Shown: positions 1-13,760, counted from the stretch's first letter. The stretch is DNA of 64,000 nt from Octopus sinensis (GCF_006345805.1 NC_043017.1:4340001-4404000); one strand, 5' to 3'. Numbers and translations are program-made. The notes: generated from the sequence alone by a model not told the origin.

Positions 1-867
1 TATTTTAATTCTTATATATATATATATATATATCTGAAGTACAGGAAATTGAATAGTAGGACCTCTGTAAAGCTGATTAACTTAAAACCTCTTAAAATGC
101 AGCCTTCTACCCGAATATATTACTGCTACAAATATCATTTACTGAAGAAGCCAGGATGTTAGTGGATGGTATGGAATAGTGCAAGGCCCCACGTTTTCCA
201 GTTGATCCTTACACAATTTTTGTTTACCCGTAACTATTTATTAGTTCCCCTTATTCTACACACATATACATACTTGTATGTGTGTGTGCATTCATGTGCA
301 TGCATGCATATGCTCTCTATGAGTGTGTATGTATGTACGTGTATGATTGCTGTAAATGTCTTTCAGAAAACCTACTGTGTAGCGCAATGAGTGTTGATGA
401 AACAACTACACTCTCCCTTTCTCTTTCTTCCCCCATCCCCACGTATGCATATATATATATGTGTGTATATCTGTGTAATATTCTCGCTAGTTGTTGACTG
501 CTATAATTGATATGATGACATTAACATTAACGAGAATGAATTGATTCTTGGCAGAACAAAGAAAACTGTGGTAGCGTTTGATAGTTTGGTGGTAGTGGGA
601 GTAGGGGGGGAGCTCTGTTGCATTTGTAATCTGTGGTTGGGCATTTTTGTAAACAGATTAAAGGTTTAAGAAGTTCACTGCCTTTTACTTGTGACCAGCT
701 TAGTACTTTGTAATGTCATTTGACTATCAAGCCCTTGTGAATTGTAATTTGCTTCGCAAGCCCTTTTTTTTTTTTTTTTGGTGAGCTAGACTCGTTAATG
801 TTACTGGGTTATTTATTCATCTACATCTCTGTCTTTTAGTCTGCATCTCTGTCTTTTCATCATCACA

Positions 868-1031
868 GGAGTGCCTGTGTGGTAAGTAGCTTGCTTACCA
901 ATCACATGGTTCCGGGTTCAGTCCCACTGCGTGGCACCTTGGGCAAGTGTCTTCTACTATAGCCTGGGCCGACCAATGCCTTGTGAGTGGATTTGGTAGA
1001 CGGAAACTGAAAGAAGCCTGTCGTGTATGTG

Positions 1032-1062
<31 letters not shown>

Positions 1063-1275
1063 ATGTGTATATATGTTTGTGTGTCTGTGTTTGTCTCCCT
1101 AGCATTGCTTGACAAACGATGCTGGTGTGTTTACGTCGCCATCACTTAGCGGTTCGCCAAAAGAGACCGATAGAATAAGTACTGGGCTTACAAAGAATAA
1201 GTCCCGGGGTCGATTTGCTTGACTAAAAGCGGTGCTCCAGCATGGCCGCAGTCAAATGACTGAAACAAGTAAAAG
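868..1275 (+). mobile_element. tRNA-derived SINE, family A (octopus OK-like), near full length with internal (TA)n
   Basis: A-box-like tgcctgtgtgg and B-box-like ggttcagtccc head. 3' end gcggtgctccagcatggccgcagtcaaatgactgaaacaagtaaaag. Many homologous copies in the window. Confidence 0.85.
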
Positions 1276-1277
1276 TA

Positions 1278-1408
1278 TTGTTCGTCTGTGGTCGAGACAA
1301 TAGCATTTACTATGTTACGCCAGACTTCACGGTCCATCATAGCATTACGGAGGTCCTGTTGCTTGATGCCTGTATCCCTGGAGACTACATCAGGGTAGGA
1401 GAGTGTAA
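1278..1408 (-). mobile_element. Short 3' fragment of the same RTE family as 18165-18520
   Basis: Near-identical reverse complement of about 18377-18505. Confidence 0.85.
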
Positions 1409-1833
1409 TACCTGTCCTTCTTAGCCTTTCCTTTCATTCACTCTTGTTAATGTCATATAGCTAGTCAACCCTTGTTAGTCCTCGTTAATATGGTAGTTGA
1501 CCTCTGACATGATGTTGATTTTTAAGGTTAACCCTAAGTAGAACTGCAATCAAAGGCATTCCAGCCCTGTCCATCCATCCAACCATTTTTAGAGCCATAT
1601 AGGCCTACATTATCTAATGTGTCCTCCACTTTTTAAGACAGTAGGTGTGAGTTGAAAGAGACTTGGTTGCTACTTCTAGCAGGTCAAATGATTGAGACCT
1701 ACATCTTGTTGGGTAGTCCTTGTTAATGTAATTTATCTCGTTAATTACTTAGTCCTTGTTAATATCGTTTGGCTAGCTCTCTCTTGTTAATGCTATTTGG
1801 CTAATTTTCCCTTGTTGATATTATTTGGTTAAG

Positions 1834-2232
1834 TTAAGGTGGTGAGCTAACAGAAGCATTAGCACGCAGGACAAAATGCTTAGCGGTATTTCGTCTGCTG
1901 CTATGTTCCGAGTTCAAATTCCGCCGAGGTCGACTTTGCCTCTCATCCTTTCGGGGTCGATTAAGTAAGTACCAGTTATGCACTGGGGTCAATATAATCG
2001 ACTTAATTCGTTTGTCTGTCCTTGTTTATCCTCTCTGTGTTTAGCCCCTTGTGGGTAGTAAAGAAATAGGTATTTCATCTGTCTTTATGTTCTGAGTTCA
2101 AATTCTGCCAAGGTCAACTTTGCCTTTCATCCTTTCAGGGTTGATAAATTAAGTACCAATTGTGTACTGGGTCGATCTAATCGACTGGTTCCCTCCCACA
2201 AAATTTCGGGCCTTGTCCCTAGAGTAGAAAAG
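1834..2232 (+). mobile_element. tRNA-derived SINE, family B (OR/Nin-domain-like), dimeric body, 14-bp TSD
   Basis: TSD attatttggttaag at 1820-1833 and 2233-2246. Two tandem bodies gttc(t/c)gagttcaaatt..gaggtc(g/a)actttgcct.tcatcctttc.ggg(g)t(c/t)gat..taagtacca. Confidence 0.85.
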
Positions 2233-2793
2233 ATTATTTGGTTAAGCTTTCTTTACGCCATTTCACATAGCTGTGCTTTATAGAAGCTATTTGGCTGGCT
2301 ATCCCTTGTTAAAGTCATTTGACTAAGCAAGCTTTTTTTAATGACATTTGCTTTATTAATGTCATTTGTCTAACAGAGCTTTAATTCCAGTTGGCTAACT
2401 AAACTTTGTTAATTCCATTTGACCAACAAAGCTTTGTTAACATGTTTAATCTGTCCTACAAAAATATTGTGAGTAATTTTCTCATGACAACACCCAAATG
2501 AAAAATAAGACTTTCAATGGAAAAAATTTAGATTATTTTTACTCTGTCTCTTTCATGATTGTACATGTTATTATTATTTGTTGTTTTTTTATTATACTCA
2601 CTGTCAGGCTGCTGAAGATTCACTTGTGCTGCATTCCTGGCAATAGTATCTGTTAATTTCTTTTTTTTTTTTCATAAGTTTGAATAGGTGGAACAGTGCC
2701 CATGATGTTTGTGGTTAGTTGAAGATTGGTAAGAATGATAACGATGATGTTAAATTTGAACATTTGTTGGTTGCTACTCAGTAGATGAAAACA

Positions 2794-2845
<52 letters not shown>

Positions 2846-2849
2846 CCTT

Positions 2850-3122
2850 TATTCTTTTATTTGTTTCAGTCATTTGACTGCGACCATGCTGGAGCACCAC
2901 CTTAAGTCGAGCAAATCGATCTCAGGAGTTATTCGTTGTAAGCCTAGTATTTATTCTATCGGTCTCTTTTGCCGAACTGCTAAGTTATGGGGACATAAAC
3001 ACACCAGCATCGGTTATCAAGAGATGTTAGGAGGACAAACACAGACACACAAATATATATATATACACACACACACGATGGGCTTCTTTCAGTTTCTGTG
3101 TACCAAATCCATTCACAAGGGT
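2850..3122 (-). mobile_element. Family A SINE, partial
   Basis: ttgtttcagtcatttgactgcgaccatgctggagcaccacc...ttcagtttctgtgtaccaaatccattcacaagg is homologous to 10865-11260. Confidence 0.8.
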
Positions 3123-4410
3123 GTGAAGACGATGATTATGAACTCCCTGAGTGGCTAAACCTTGCTGGGAGTAGTAGTGAAAAGTTTATAGGATCTGGCT
3201 CACCCCTTCTCTTTATGTCCTAAAAATCCCAACTCTAACATCATCACACTATACCTCCAATGATAGGTACATCAGTATATCATCTCGTGATACCAAAGAC
3301 GACTGTAGCCAAAGTAGATGCCTCTGCATAGCTGAAAATGCCAAGTCTCATTCAAATTACACTCTTAGCATTTAGAAAAAGAAATGACACGTTAGATAAT
3401 GTAGTTTTAGATATAATCTATCTGAATACAAGCTGGGATGGTCATGGCTGGAATGTCTTTCATTGTAGGTCTGCTGAAACATGGCAAACCTGAACAATTG
3501 AAACAAGCATTTTGTTGTCTGTTTGAAGTAAAAATTTTCTCTTGGATGTGTCATTCTGAGAATGTATGTTGAGGAAAATTTCATTCTGTTGGGTAATTTC
3601 TGAGAGGAAGTGGCACTTGGAAACTTACAGTTTTGAAGAATATCCTGAACATCTGTTAATGTCAGAGATGGCTCTACACATTCCATGTGAGGTTGATGGT
3701 TCAAAACTAACGGAGGGAATTCAGATAACATATACACCAGTAAGACACACTGCTGTGTTGTATGTATACAGCTGTAAGACTTTGGTGTATTCACGTGCGT
3801 GCGCACACACACACTCACATGCATACATAAAGTCACATCTGTAAGACTATATATGTCTATGTTTGTGTATAAATAGCATAAAATAATTTTCAACAATAGA
3901 GAATTCAATACAAAGATGTAGCATCTAGGAATTTTATCAAATGCTTGAATAAACATACGTGTGTGTGTGTGTGTGTGTGTGTGTACAATAGGGTTTCACA
4001 CAGTTTCTATCTGACAAATTGACTCACAAGGTATTGATCAACCTGCAGCTATAATACAAGACACTTGCTTAATGTGCCACACAGTGGGACTGAACCTCAA
4101 ACTTGCTCTACCTTAGCCTCTCTCTCTCTCTATTTGTGTTTCTTTGTTTTGGCATTGCCTGTTAGTTGTAAGCGTGAGTCTTCTGTGAAAACATATTTGG
4201 ATTAAGGGACACTTCCTTTGTTTCTGGTTTTTGCTGACAATATATTTGGCTAATTAGCTTTGATCTTTTTCTATGTGGATTGGTGTATCTCAGATTATGA
4301 CTACATTTTCCTGGTGTATGTTTAAACCACCTCTTTTCTGGTGGTATTTTGATACTGCTGGCATAACATCTAATGTGTTAAAGACCTCATGCTGTCGTGC
4401 TTGTAGATTA

Positions 4411-4700
4411 TCTATTATATAAAATCCGTTCTGTCTGTCTGTGTGTGTGTCTTCTAGGATCTCGGGCATCCTCCATCTGATTGCGCTCAAATTTGATATG
4501 TAGATAGCGACGGTATCGGGGCGTGTATAAGTCTTGAAAAAAATTACAAAAATCGATTTCAGGTGAGAATGCGATTGATAAAGCCGTAGGAACGTGCATT
4601 TGTATGCACAAGTTCATCAGCTGTTGCGATCGATACACATATGCAAGAAAAATGCACATGCAGTTTGCACAGAAAAAGCCTGCTGACTTGAAATAATGCC
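4411..4700 (+). mobile_element. Probable 5' part of a non-autonomous Helitron
   Basis: A|TCTATTATATAAAATCCGTTCTGTCTGTCTGTGTG start resembles the 5' end of 19782-20180. Followed by CpG-rich sequence. No 3' hairpin/CTAG found. Confidence 0.5.
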
Positions 4701-7700
4701 ACAAAATGCAATATATTTAGGAGACCAAAAAAGTAAGATGCAAAAGAGATATTTTCTTCAAACTTGGCATGAAGGAAGGAAAGACTATTTGGTTTCTCAA
4801 GAAGTTTTTTTTTTTTTTGCTTTAACTTCGTTTAACAAAACCAAAAATTTTATTGAAATAAAGGAATGCTTAATTATTTTTTAATGAAAAGAAAACATTG
4901 ATTGCTTTTTATTCATCAGATATGATTCAGCACTGTCCATTGGACGGGGAGTGGGGTGCGTTATGCTCATTCTTAATATAAGTCAGAGTAAGGCAGTGAG
5001 TTGGTGGAATCATTAGTGTATCAAACAAAATGCCTGGGGGTGTTTCCTCTGACTTAGTATGTTCTGAGTTCAAATTTCAATAGGATTAACTTTATACCTC
5101 TAGAGTCAATAAACTGAAGTACCAGTCAAATACTGGGGTCAATGAAATTAACTTACTCATCCCACCCCCATTGCAGTGTTTGTGCCCAAATCAAAAAGTG
5201 TTGTTTAGTCAGAGACAGGAGTGGTAGCTTGTGTCTTTTTCTAGGTCAGCTGAAATTAGTGAGGTTATTGCGATTAATATTTGCAGAATAAAGAAATATA
5301 TTAAAAAATATGTTGTAAGAGTTTCAAGGAGTTTGAGGATGGGTTGGAAGGATTGCATAAATGAGTTATTGTTTAGTCTGAGGTCAGCTCTGATGCAGCA
5401 AACCTATGACTCAAATTGTCCCAAATTGTGGTGGGAAGACAAACAAAGACACAGGGCTTCTTTCAGTTTCCATCTGTTGAGTGGTAGACTTAATCCACTG
5501 CTAGGTTTGATCATCTTACCTGGTCTTTGGGTGCCTTTAGTGGAATGCACTGTGTTGCCATCATTCAACTGAAGACTCTATTTGCTGTCTTGATCCACTG
5601 CTTCCAACTAAGAGTTGCATTTTCTATCTTCCTCCTCTCTTTACCCTACCCTCATCAATCTCAGAAGACCTACAAAAAGGCCATGGGTATTGTCCCTTCA
5701 TCCTCTGTTTAAGACCTAAAATAAATAAAAGGGCCTCAAGTACCTCCTACATGGTAAAGCAAAATAAATGGACTCAGGCTTTATATATTTGAAGCCGGGG
5801 GACTTCACGGATTATCTGCTCTGAGATATTAACTCTCAATTCTGTAGTCCAGTCGTCAGATGCTGCTAATTAATTAATTTCATTTATGGTCACTTCAGGC
5901 AGGATTTGATCTTGGCTGGGCATCAGAAAGGTGTAAAGACCACTAAACTACTCCTGATTGCAACTGCTGTGCTTCTCTTCCACATCAGCCTCTTGCTGCA
6001 TATTTGGGTGAAAGGTCAATGCTTATACTCTCTCTCCCTCTCTCTCTCTCTCTCTCTTCCACTAACTTCCTTTTTTTTACTGAAATGTAAATAAACACTT
6101 CATATGGGCCGTTACTATTCCTTTCAAACACCACCATCATCACCATCATTGCTACTGCCATCACTGTTATCCTAAACATCACCACCATCACTACACAACC
6201 ACTACCACCAACACCACACTTTACCATCCCCCATTACACACTGCTACCACTACACACTGCCATCCACCCATCCCCAACCACCACCAAACAACTATAAACC
6301 ACCACCACCACCTCCTACACTACACACCATTATCTACCGTACACTAATTGATGTTTCAAGCTTCAAAACAGGAAACTGTATCTAAAAGCATCTTCAAACT
6401 TTTAGTGAGGTTTTGGTGGAAATATTTAATACCAGTGTTGGTGGTGGTGGTGGTGGTTATGGTGGTGGTAGTTGCAATAATGGTGGTGGTGATGATACAG
6501 TTATAGTAGTCATAGTGGTAATTGTGGTAGTAGTGATTGATAGCAGTGATAGGTGTTAATAGTGATAGAGGTGATAGTTGTTATAACGGTGATGTTGGTG
6601 GTGACGGTGTTGGTAGTTGTGATTAATAGTAGTAATAGTGCTGGTTATAGCGGTGGTGGTGGTGTTTAGCTCCAAGCTGATGCTGAGTGAGTAGATTTAT
6701 CCTTCTTTTGAGACCTAGTGTATCTTGGATTATATTATCCATTGTGTCCATTTTTTTTTCTTAAGGTGGTGGGATGTGGTTTGAGGCAGATTTGGCTGCT
6801 ATTGCTAGCAAGATGAGTGACTGGCTCCATTGTTGGTTCACTGGTGCTAGTGTTGATGATGATGATGATGATGATGCTGTTGGTGGTTGTGATGCTGATG
6901 TTTACAGGAATAATGAGGATGGTGTTTTTGTGGTGGTGGTGGTGGTGGCAGCGGTTGTAACAGTGATATTGATGATGTTGGTGTTGATAGCTGTAATAAC
7001 AATTAGAGGTGGTGCACGTGAGGTAAGTGCTTGCCTCGAGGGCTCTTGAGATTGTTAGTGTGGGATGTCGTTCGGAAGTGATGCAATACACACTGCATGT
7101 ATACACCCATGCATAAGGATGCACTTGTACGTCTGTGCATGTGTTAAGTTATAAGCCTGAACAAACTGTATCAACAGCAACTTTGTTCTTTGATTCTCTG
7201 ACAGAAATATTAAGATATAATGATATAATGGTCAATGGCCTTCTTACTTCCATCTGCCGTGCCTCTTATATCAGTATACGAATGTTATTATTATTTATAA
7301 TGATTTCAAATTGTGACACAAGGTCAGCAATTATAGGAGAGAGGCTTACTTGATTACATCGACACCAGTATGCAGTTGGTACTTATTTTACTGATCTTGG
7401 AAGGATGAAAGGCAAAGTTGACCTTGGCAGCATAATAATAATAATTTATCCTACTATAGACACAAGGCCTGGAATTTCGTGGGAAGGAGTTAGTCAATTA
7501 CATCAACCCCTCAACTTATTTTATCGGCCCCAAAAGAATGGAAAAAAGGATGAAAGCAAAGTCAACTTTGGCGGAATTTGAACACAGAACACAAAGGCAG
7601 ATGAAATGCCATTAAGCATTTTGTCTGGCTTGCTAATAATTCTGCCAACTCACCACATTAATGTTATTAATAATAACAATAATAATAAAAACAGTAATTG

Positions 7701-7803
7701 TCATCTCACCATTTTGCCTTTAAAAAATTATAAAGGATACATTAAACTATGTAGTTCAGGATATTGAGTAGAATCCGGATGATCATTGCTACAATGCCTT
7801 TGA

Positions 7804-8232
7804 TTAGTTAGTTAGTTTGTTAATTTTTTGGCTCAAAAAGCAAAAAGTAAGGCCATGTAGGGGGACATGGAGTTATGTATAGGGTGGTGTTCATGTAAAG
7901 AATTCAGGCCACTTGTGGTCAAGGGAGACTTTGAACCGAGTGGTCGTCGGCATCTTCACCATCTCGTCTGGCAGCTTATTCCACGGATCCGCAACTCAGA
8001 CGGAGAAAGCCCCTCTCCTTCGATTGAGATGAAATCGTTGCAGATAGAGCTTTTCGGAATTACCCCGCAGCCGACGCTCTGGAGCAGAAGTGAAGAACAG
8101 CTCTTTCGAGAGGTTACACTTTCCGCTTATGATGTTGTGAGCGAGAATGAGATCACCACGGCGTCGTCGTTTTTCTAGAGAATAAAGGTCGAGCATCTTC
8201 AACCTTTCTTCATAAGACAAATTCTTATGGAT
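7804..8232 (-). mobile_element. CR1/L2-clade LINE, 5'-truncated 3' end
   Basis: Track ORF 7996..8220(-) SYEERLKMLDLYSLEKRRRRGDLILAHNII...RFHLNRRRGAFSV is the typical CR1 ORF2 C-terminus. It is followed by a short 3' UTR and an (AACT)n tail at about 7804-7817. Confidence 0.88.
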
Positions 8233-8530
8233 CTGGTTGATTAGAGATGATCTGGGTTAAATGTGAATATGAAATGGTCTCAGCTGGAAGCATCTGGTGT
8301 GTCAGTGCTGACCTGGTGCTAGATAACATCAACCAGTTCCAGTTATTGGACTGTGAGGATGCAGTAACACCACCTTTAGGGGTTTTGTTGATCATATTAA
8401 TCCCAGTTCTTACTTCAGTATGATACTTATTTTATCAGTTTTGATTTGTTGAATTGTTAAGTTATGGGATATGAAGAGACACTAAACACCAATTTTGAGA
8501 CTGATGCAAGCATAAACACAGGCTTGGACA

Positions 8531-8563
<33 letters not shown>

Positions 8564-9862
8564 GTGTGCTTCTGCACAATCTCCGCCTTCCAAATTCTAC
8601 TCACAAAGTTTTATAACTGATAATGACTTCTAGCATAGTTAGGTTGGCCTCAGCATGTGACTTGACTTGGTATTTATTTTATTTGCCCCAGAAAAAATAT
8701 AACATTCACCTCGGCAGAAGTAAAACTCAAGAGCTAAAAATTAGCATAACTAATTATCACAAGGCATTTCATCTGGTGTCCTAATGATCTGTCATGCTAT
8801 TCTCTCAATTATGAAATAACAACAATAATAATTATCAGTTCTTTATTTGTGACAAAAACATTACAAATGTGGGGTACAAAAACATGTAATTATGTAATTG
8901 CCATCAAATGAAAAAAAAAATTAATAAATGGATGTGTTGAAAACAAAATATGAAGATGTAGAAACATATGTTCCAAAAGGGAGATTGTTGCCTAGAATAA
9001 CAGGGAGCAGCCCCATAAATCCATAAATGCTCTTCAACGCTAAGATAAGTATCTTCTGCCTGCTAGAAATTATTAATGAGATTACAAATGGAGCCCTGTA
9101 GCTGCATCAAATTCACTGCTTTCACCATCTTTCAGCAAATTTACTGGAGGGCAGCACTTCTCGCCCTATTTTAACCCTTCTTTTCAAATGGTAATTGAAA
9201 ATGATGTCTTGACAATTTACCCTTCATATTACCTTTTTTACCATATGCACCAGTTTTCTCAACTATTTTTTTTACCTATGGACCCCTTTCATTCCAATTT
9301 TACTGGGGATGGGGGGACCTTCTTAGCCAATTTTAACAAGAAAATCTTACATGAACCGCCAAGGGCCAATATGAATCCTGGCTGAGAACCTCTGATATGC
9401 ATCAGTCAGATAGTGGAAAACTGCCTGCTTTTCCATATCAAAAGAAGGCAGTGGGTCAGTCTTTACAATGAGCATGTCTGACTGCCAGATCCATCTGACA
9501 TGCACTAACAGGTGTTTGATGCAACTCTGCAAGTCAGTAAAGAACAAGTGCAAGCAGAATGGTTTCATTCTTGTGTGTTTGTATCAAACAAGCCAGGCTA
9601 ATACTACTGGCATTTCTGTAGAGTTTATCTCAAACAGGCAACTGTAGGTTGTACTATCTATGGTTGCCAGTTTGAGATAAACTCTACAGATATGGTGCCG
9701 GTGCTACATGAAAAGCACCCAGGACACACTGTGAAGTGGTTGGCATTCAGGAAAGCCCTAACTGTAGAAACCACACCAAAGCAAACAGCAGAAACTGGTG
9801 TGGCTTCTGACTTGTCAGTTCCTGTTAAACTGTCCAACCCATGTCACCATGGAAATGGATGC

Positions 9863-9895
<33 letters not shown>

Positions 9896-10752
9896 TGATG
9901 ATGATGTATACAAATTCTTAATGAGTATTTGCTCTGAAAGAATTAGGATTGTCGTCATCATTACCACCACTTTTATTTAAACAGAAGCAATTTAGTAAAG
10001 AAAACATTACTTGTATAATTATTTCTGTCCATTATTCTTGGTAATGGTGGTGCTGCAGATGGAAGGCAGTTTCTCAGAATATCTTGCTAATTTCCAGTTC
10101 CCCTACATCTCCATCAATTAGAGGTACTAAATCAATCTGGGTGGAGGTACAGTTTTGATGATGCCTATTCCCCTGCTGTATCTGATTCCATTCTCTTCTC
10201 TGCAACTCCTCCTGCCGCCGCCTCGCCTTACCGTTTTACTCTTTCCTATAAAATATGTCAAAGTTTAGTTCTGGTTTGTCTCACTAGGAAAATGCTTGAA
10301 TTCATTAATTTCTTCAGTGGGAGAAAGGAATCATTTGGAAATGTAGCTTTCAATGAAAGTGAGTAGGATGTATGGTGGGGAGAACATCAAGGTAATGAAT
10401 AAACGAAGGGGGTGGAAAAGTTGGGCATGTTTGTAAGTCCGCCCCCCCATCATCCGGGTTTTTTTTTTTCCTTAGAATAAAGGTGAAGCAAATTGTTTAA
10501 TTTCTATGAAGGGTCTCTGCTTAGTTTTGTTTAGAGAAAACGGGTGTTTTTTTTTCCCAACTGTTACCTCACTCCCCTCTCATTCAAAGGAATGAAATTC
10601 CCAAATTCGGTACCTTACCAGTATACACGCTGACAGGAAATGACACTTTGTCATCATTAAATAAGTTTTCTTATTTATTTATTTATTTATCTTTGTAAAT
10701 CAACTACAGAAATAGTAATTTTTATTATTTCATCCAAATTACTACTGTAGCT

Positions 10753-10783
<31 letters not shown>

Positions 10784-10864
10784 ACTACTACTGCAGCAAT
10801 AGTAGTAGCACTGTGGCAGGAATGCTAAAATATCTAACAAAACCCTTTCTGGTATCTAGTTGTC

Positions 10865-11260
10865 TTTATTTACTCTTACTCTTTTACTCTTTTACTTGTT
10901 TCAGTCATTTGACTGCAGCCATGCTGGAGCACCGGCTTTAGTCAAGCAAATCGACCCCGGAACTTATTCTTTGTAAGCCCAGTACTTATTCTATCAGTCT
11001 CTTTTGCTGAACCGCTAAGTAACGGGGACATAAACACACCAGCATCAGTTGTCAAGCAATGCCAGGGGGACAAACACATACACATATATATACATATATA
11101 CGACAGGCTTCTTTCAGTTTCCGTCTTCCAAATCCACTCACAAGGCATTGGTCGGCCCGGGGCTGTAGCAGAAAACACTTGCCCAAGATGCCATGCAGTG
11201 GGACTGAACCCGGAACCATGTGGTTGGTTAGCAAGCTACTTACCACACAGCCACTCCTGC
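10865..11260 (-). mobile_element. tRNA-derived SINE, family A, near full length
   Basis: Reverse complement of 868-1275 along its whole length, with (tttactct)n tail and intact head ggagtggctgtgtggtaagtagc. Confidence 0.85.
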
Positions 11261-12129
11261 GCCTACATACAAATCTTGCTGGGTTTAGCTGTTAGTTGCA
11301 TCCTTCTTATCTCTGAGTGAATGGTTAAGTACCCGTGGTGTACAGAGGTAAATTTAATCTACTCAGGCTTTCTCCTCAAATTTCTGGCTCTGTGCATGCA
11401 TTTGTTAGAAATTTTTATGATGTCTTCAATTTGTGGTTTGAGAAATAGATCGAGTATATTGCACCTTGTTTTGCATCAAAAGGAAACAGCTATTTCTTGG
11501 TAAACATGCATAAGAGAGTGTTCAAGGTTAGCAAATACTGTGTGAATATGCCCCAGCAATATCTATAAATCTCACTATTTTTTTGGAACATGCCTAAGTC
11601 TATCTCTTTAGGCAATCTGCCAATGTATCTACAAAAGTGGTTGTTTATCATTCCAGCAGAGCCAATTAAAAATGGGATGAGGGACACTTTTTTTAAACTG
11701 TCATAATGCCTTTAATTATGTAATTAACAACACTTACAGACCTAGGCAATTGTAGTTTTGTGGTACATTCGTATGTCTTTTGTTATAGCTAATATTTTAA
11801 TGTCTATACACAAGTGGTTGAGTATTGTTTTCCATTTGAACTAATTACAAATAAGATGATACACTTTCACTGCTTCTATCATTTGACTGCAGCCGTGCTG
11901 GGCTACCAGCTTGAAGGGTTTCAGTCATTCACATTGATCCTAGTACATATTTTTACACCTGGTACATATCAATCTCTATTTGTTGATCTGCTAAGTTATG
12001 AGACATAAACAAAGGCTTTGTTTTCAAATGGTATCTATGTAAAAACAGACCCATACAAATAAGCATGCATGCCTGCATGAGTCTGTCAACTATGTGTATA
12101 TTGTACGAGTATGTCACATCTATAATAGC

Positions 12130-12530
12130 CATCATCATCATCGTTTAACGTCCGTTTTTCATGCTCGCATGAGTTGGCCGGTTCGACCGGGGTCTGGGAA
12201 GCCAGGAGGCTTCACCAGGCTCCAGTCTGATCTGGCAGTGTTTCTACAGCTGGATGCCCTTCCTAACACCAACCACTCTGTGAGTGTAGTGGGTGCTTTT
12301 TACGTGCCACCAGCACAGGGACCAGAGGAGGCTGGCAACAGCCACGATCGGCTGGTGATTTTTATGTGCCACCGGCACGGAGCCAGCCAAGGTGCAATAC
12401 ACTTGATCCTATTTCTCAAACCACATCAGCCACGTTTAGATGTTGCTTTTTAGGTACCACTGGTACGGGTATCACAACTACAATTTCCATTTGATTTTTA
12501 TTTTGATGCTGATGTACTTGACTCAATAGG
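12130..12530 (-). mobile_element. RTE 3' UTR-derived repeat
   Basis: catcatcatcgtttaacgtccgtttt..catgc..ctgggaagccaggagg..cagctggatgcccttcctaac is homologous to 15848-16290. Confidence 0.8.
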
Positions 12531-12859
12531 ATATACATACATATCATAAGCGTAGCAAAATTGGAAATTTTTGGATGTTATTTATTCACCATTACACATG
12601 TTTCATTTGCTATGGATTTATGGAGTTTTACATGTTAAATAGACATGTAAGGAATTTCCGATTAGAAATTCTTCAGACAAAAAATTAAATAATCCAAATT
12701 TTTACATTTAAGTGAAGCATTTATATTTAGATTGTAATCAGGAGCAGCACAGGCAGCCCCAGTAAAGGAAAAAAAAGGTGACACACATACATGGGATTTA
12801 TCCTAACTACCTGCACAATATATATTATGTGTGTCCATAAAAGATATCTACTGACATAT

Positions 12860-12982
12860 ATATATCAGAACCTTGTACTTATTCTATTGATCACTTTTGA
12901 TGAACTGCCAAGTTACAGGGATGTAAAGATGCCCACAAGGTTGTCAAGTGGTTGTGGGGTACAGACACAAAGACACTCACAT

Positions 12983-13018
<36 letters not shown>

Positions 13019-13360
13019 CTGTGATGAGCTTTCAGTTTCTGTCTACCAAATCCACTCAAGGCTTTGGTTGGCTCAGGGCTATAATAGAAGACACCTGCTC
13101 AAAGTGGCATGCAGTGGGATTGAACCTAGTTGAGAAGCAATGTTCTTACCATACACCCATGCCTGAATCTACATCTTGTACACGTCGCACACAAATACAT
13201 GAATGACAGGTTTCTGCACAGTTTCCATCAACCACTTTTCACTCAAAAGGTATAGACTGGCCTAAAGCTTTTGTAGAAGCAACTTGCCCAAGATGTCATG
13301 CAATGAAACTGAACCAAAACTATGTGGTTGCAAAGTGAATTTCTTGACCACACAGCCATA
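12860..13360 (-). mobile_element. Two adjacent degenerate family A SINEs (about 12860-13160 and 13205-13360)
   Basis: Each shows ttcagtttc..taccaaatccactca(c)aaggc..gctata..agaagac/caacttgcccaag..gcagtgggattgaacc..accacacagcc. Further partial copies near 3975-4110, 27590-27690, 40973-41100, 56640-56820 and 62810-62960. Confidence 0.75.
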
Positions 13361-13597
13361 CATTTTTGCATACCATATTGTCTTCTTGACCACACAGCCA
13401 TACCTTTTTGCATACCATATTGTCTTCTTGACCACACAGCCATACCTTTTTGCATACCATATTGTCTTCTTGACCACACAGCCATACCTTTTTGCATACC
13501 ATATTGTCTTCTTGACCACACAGCCATACCTTTTTGCATACCATATTGTCTTCTTGACCACACAGCCATACCTTTTTGCATACCATATTGTTTCTTG
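13339..13597. repeat. Minisatellite, 6 x 42 bp
   Basis: Unit tcttcttgaccacacagccatacctttttgcataccatattg. Copies 2-6 are identical. Produces the 14-aa periodic ORFs in the track. Confidence 0.95.
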
Positions 13598-13760
13598 CAG
13601 GTCAATTAATTGCATAGTGGATATCTCACGAGCTTATTTTAAGTTAGTTACAATCACCTTGGGAAAAGCAAAATGCAAAAAGATTTTAGAGAATGTAATT
13701 TTAGATCACCGTACATCAATAGTGATATGATATTTAATTGTGTACCTACTGTTATCAGGG

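Noticed and set aside
11330-11690. Minus-strand peptide HIHTVFANLEHSL...LFLKPQIEDII, superficially DH-like
   Set aside because: Wrong strand for vav, interrupted by stops, no splice structure. Probably chance or decayed repeat.
13243-13730. Overlapping ORFs with 14-aa repeats on both strands
   Set aside because: Products of the 42-bp minisatellite.
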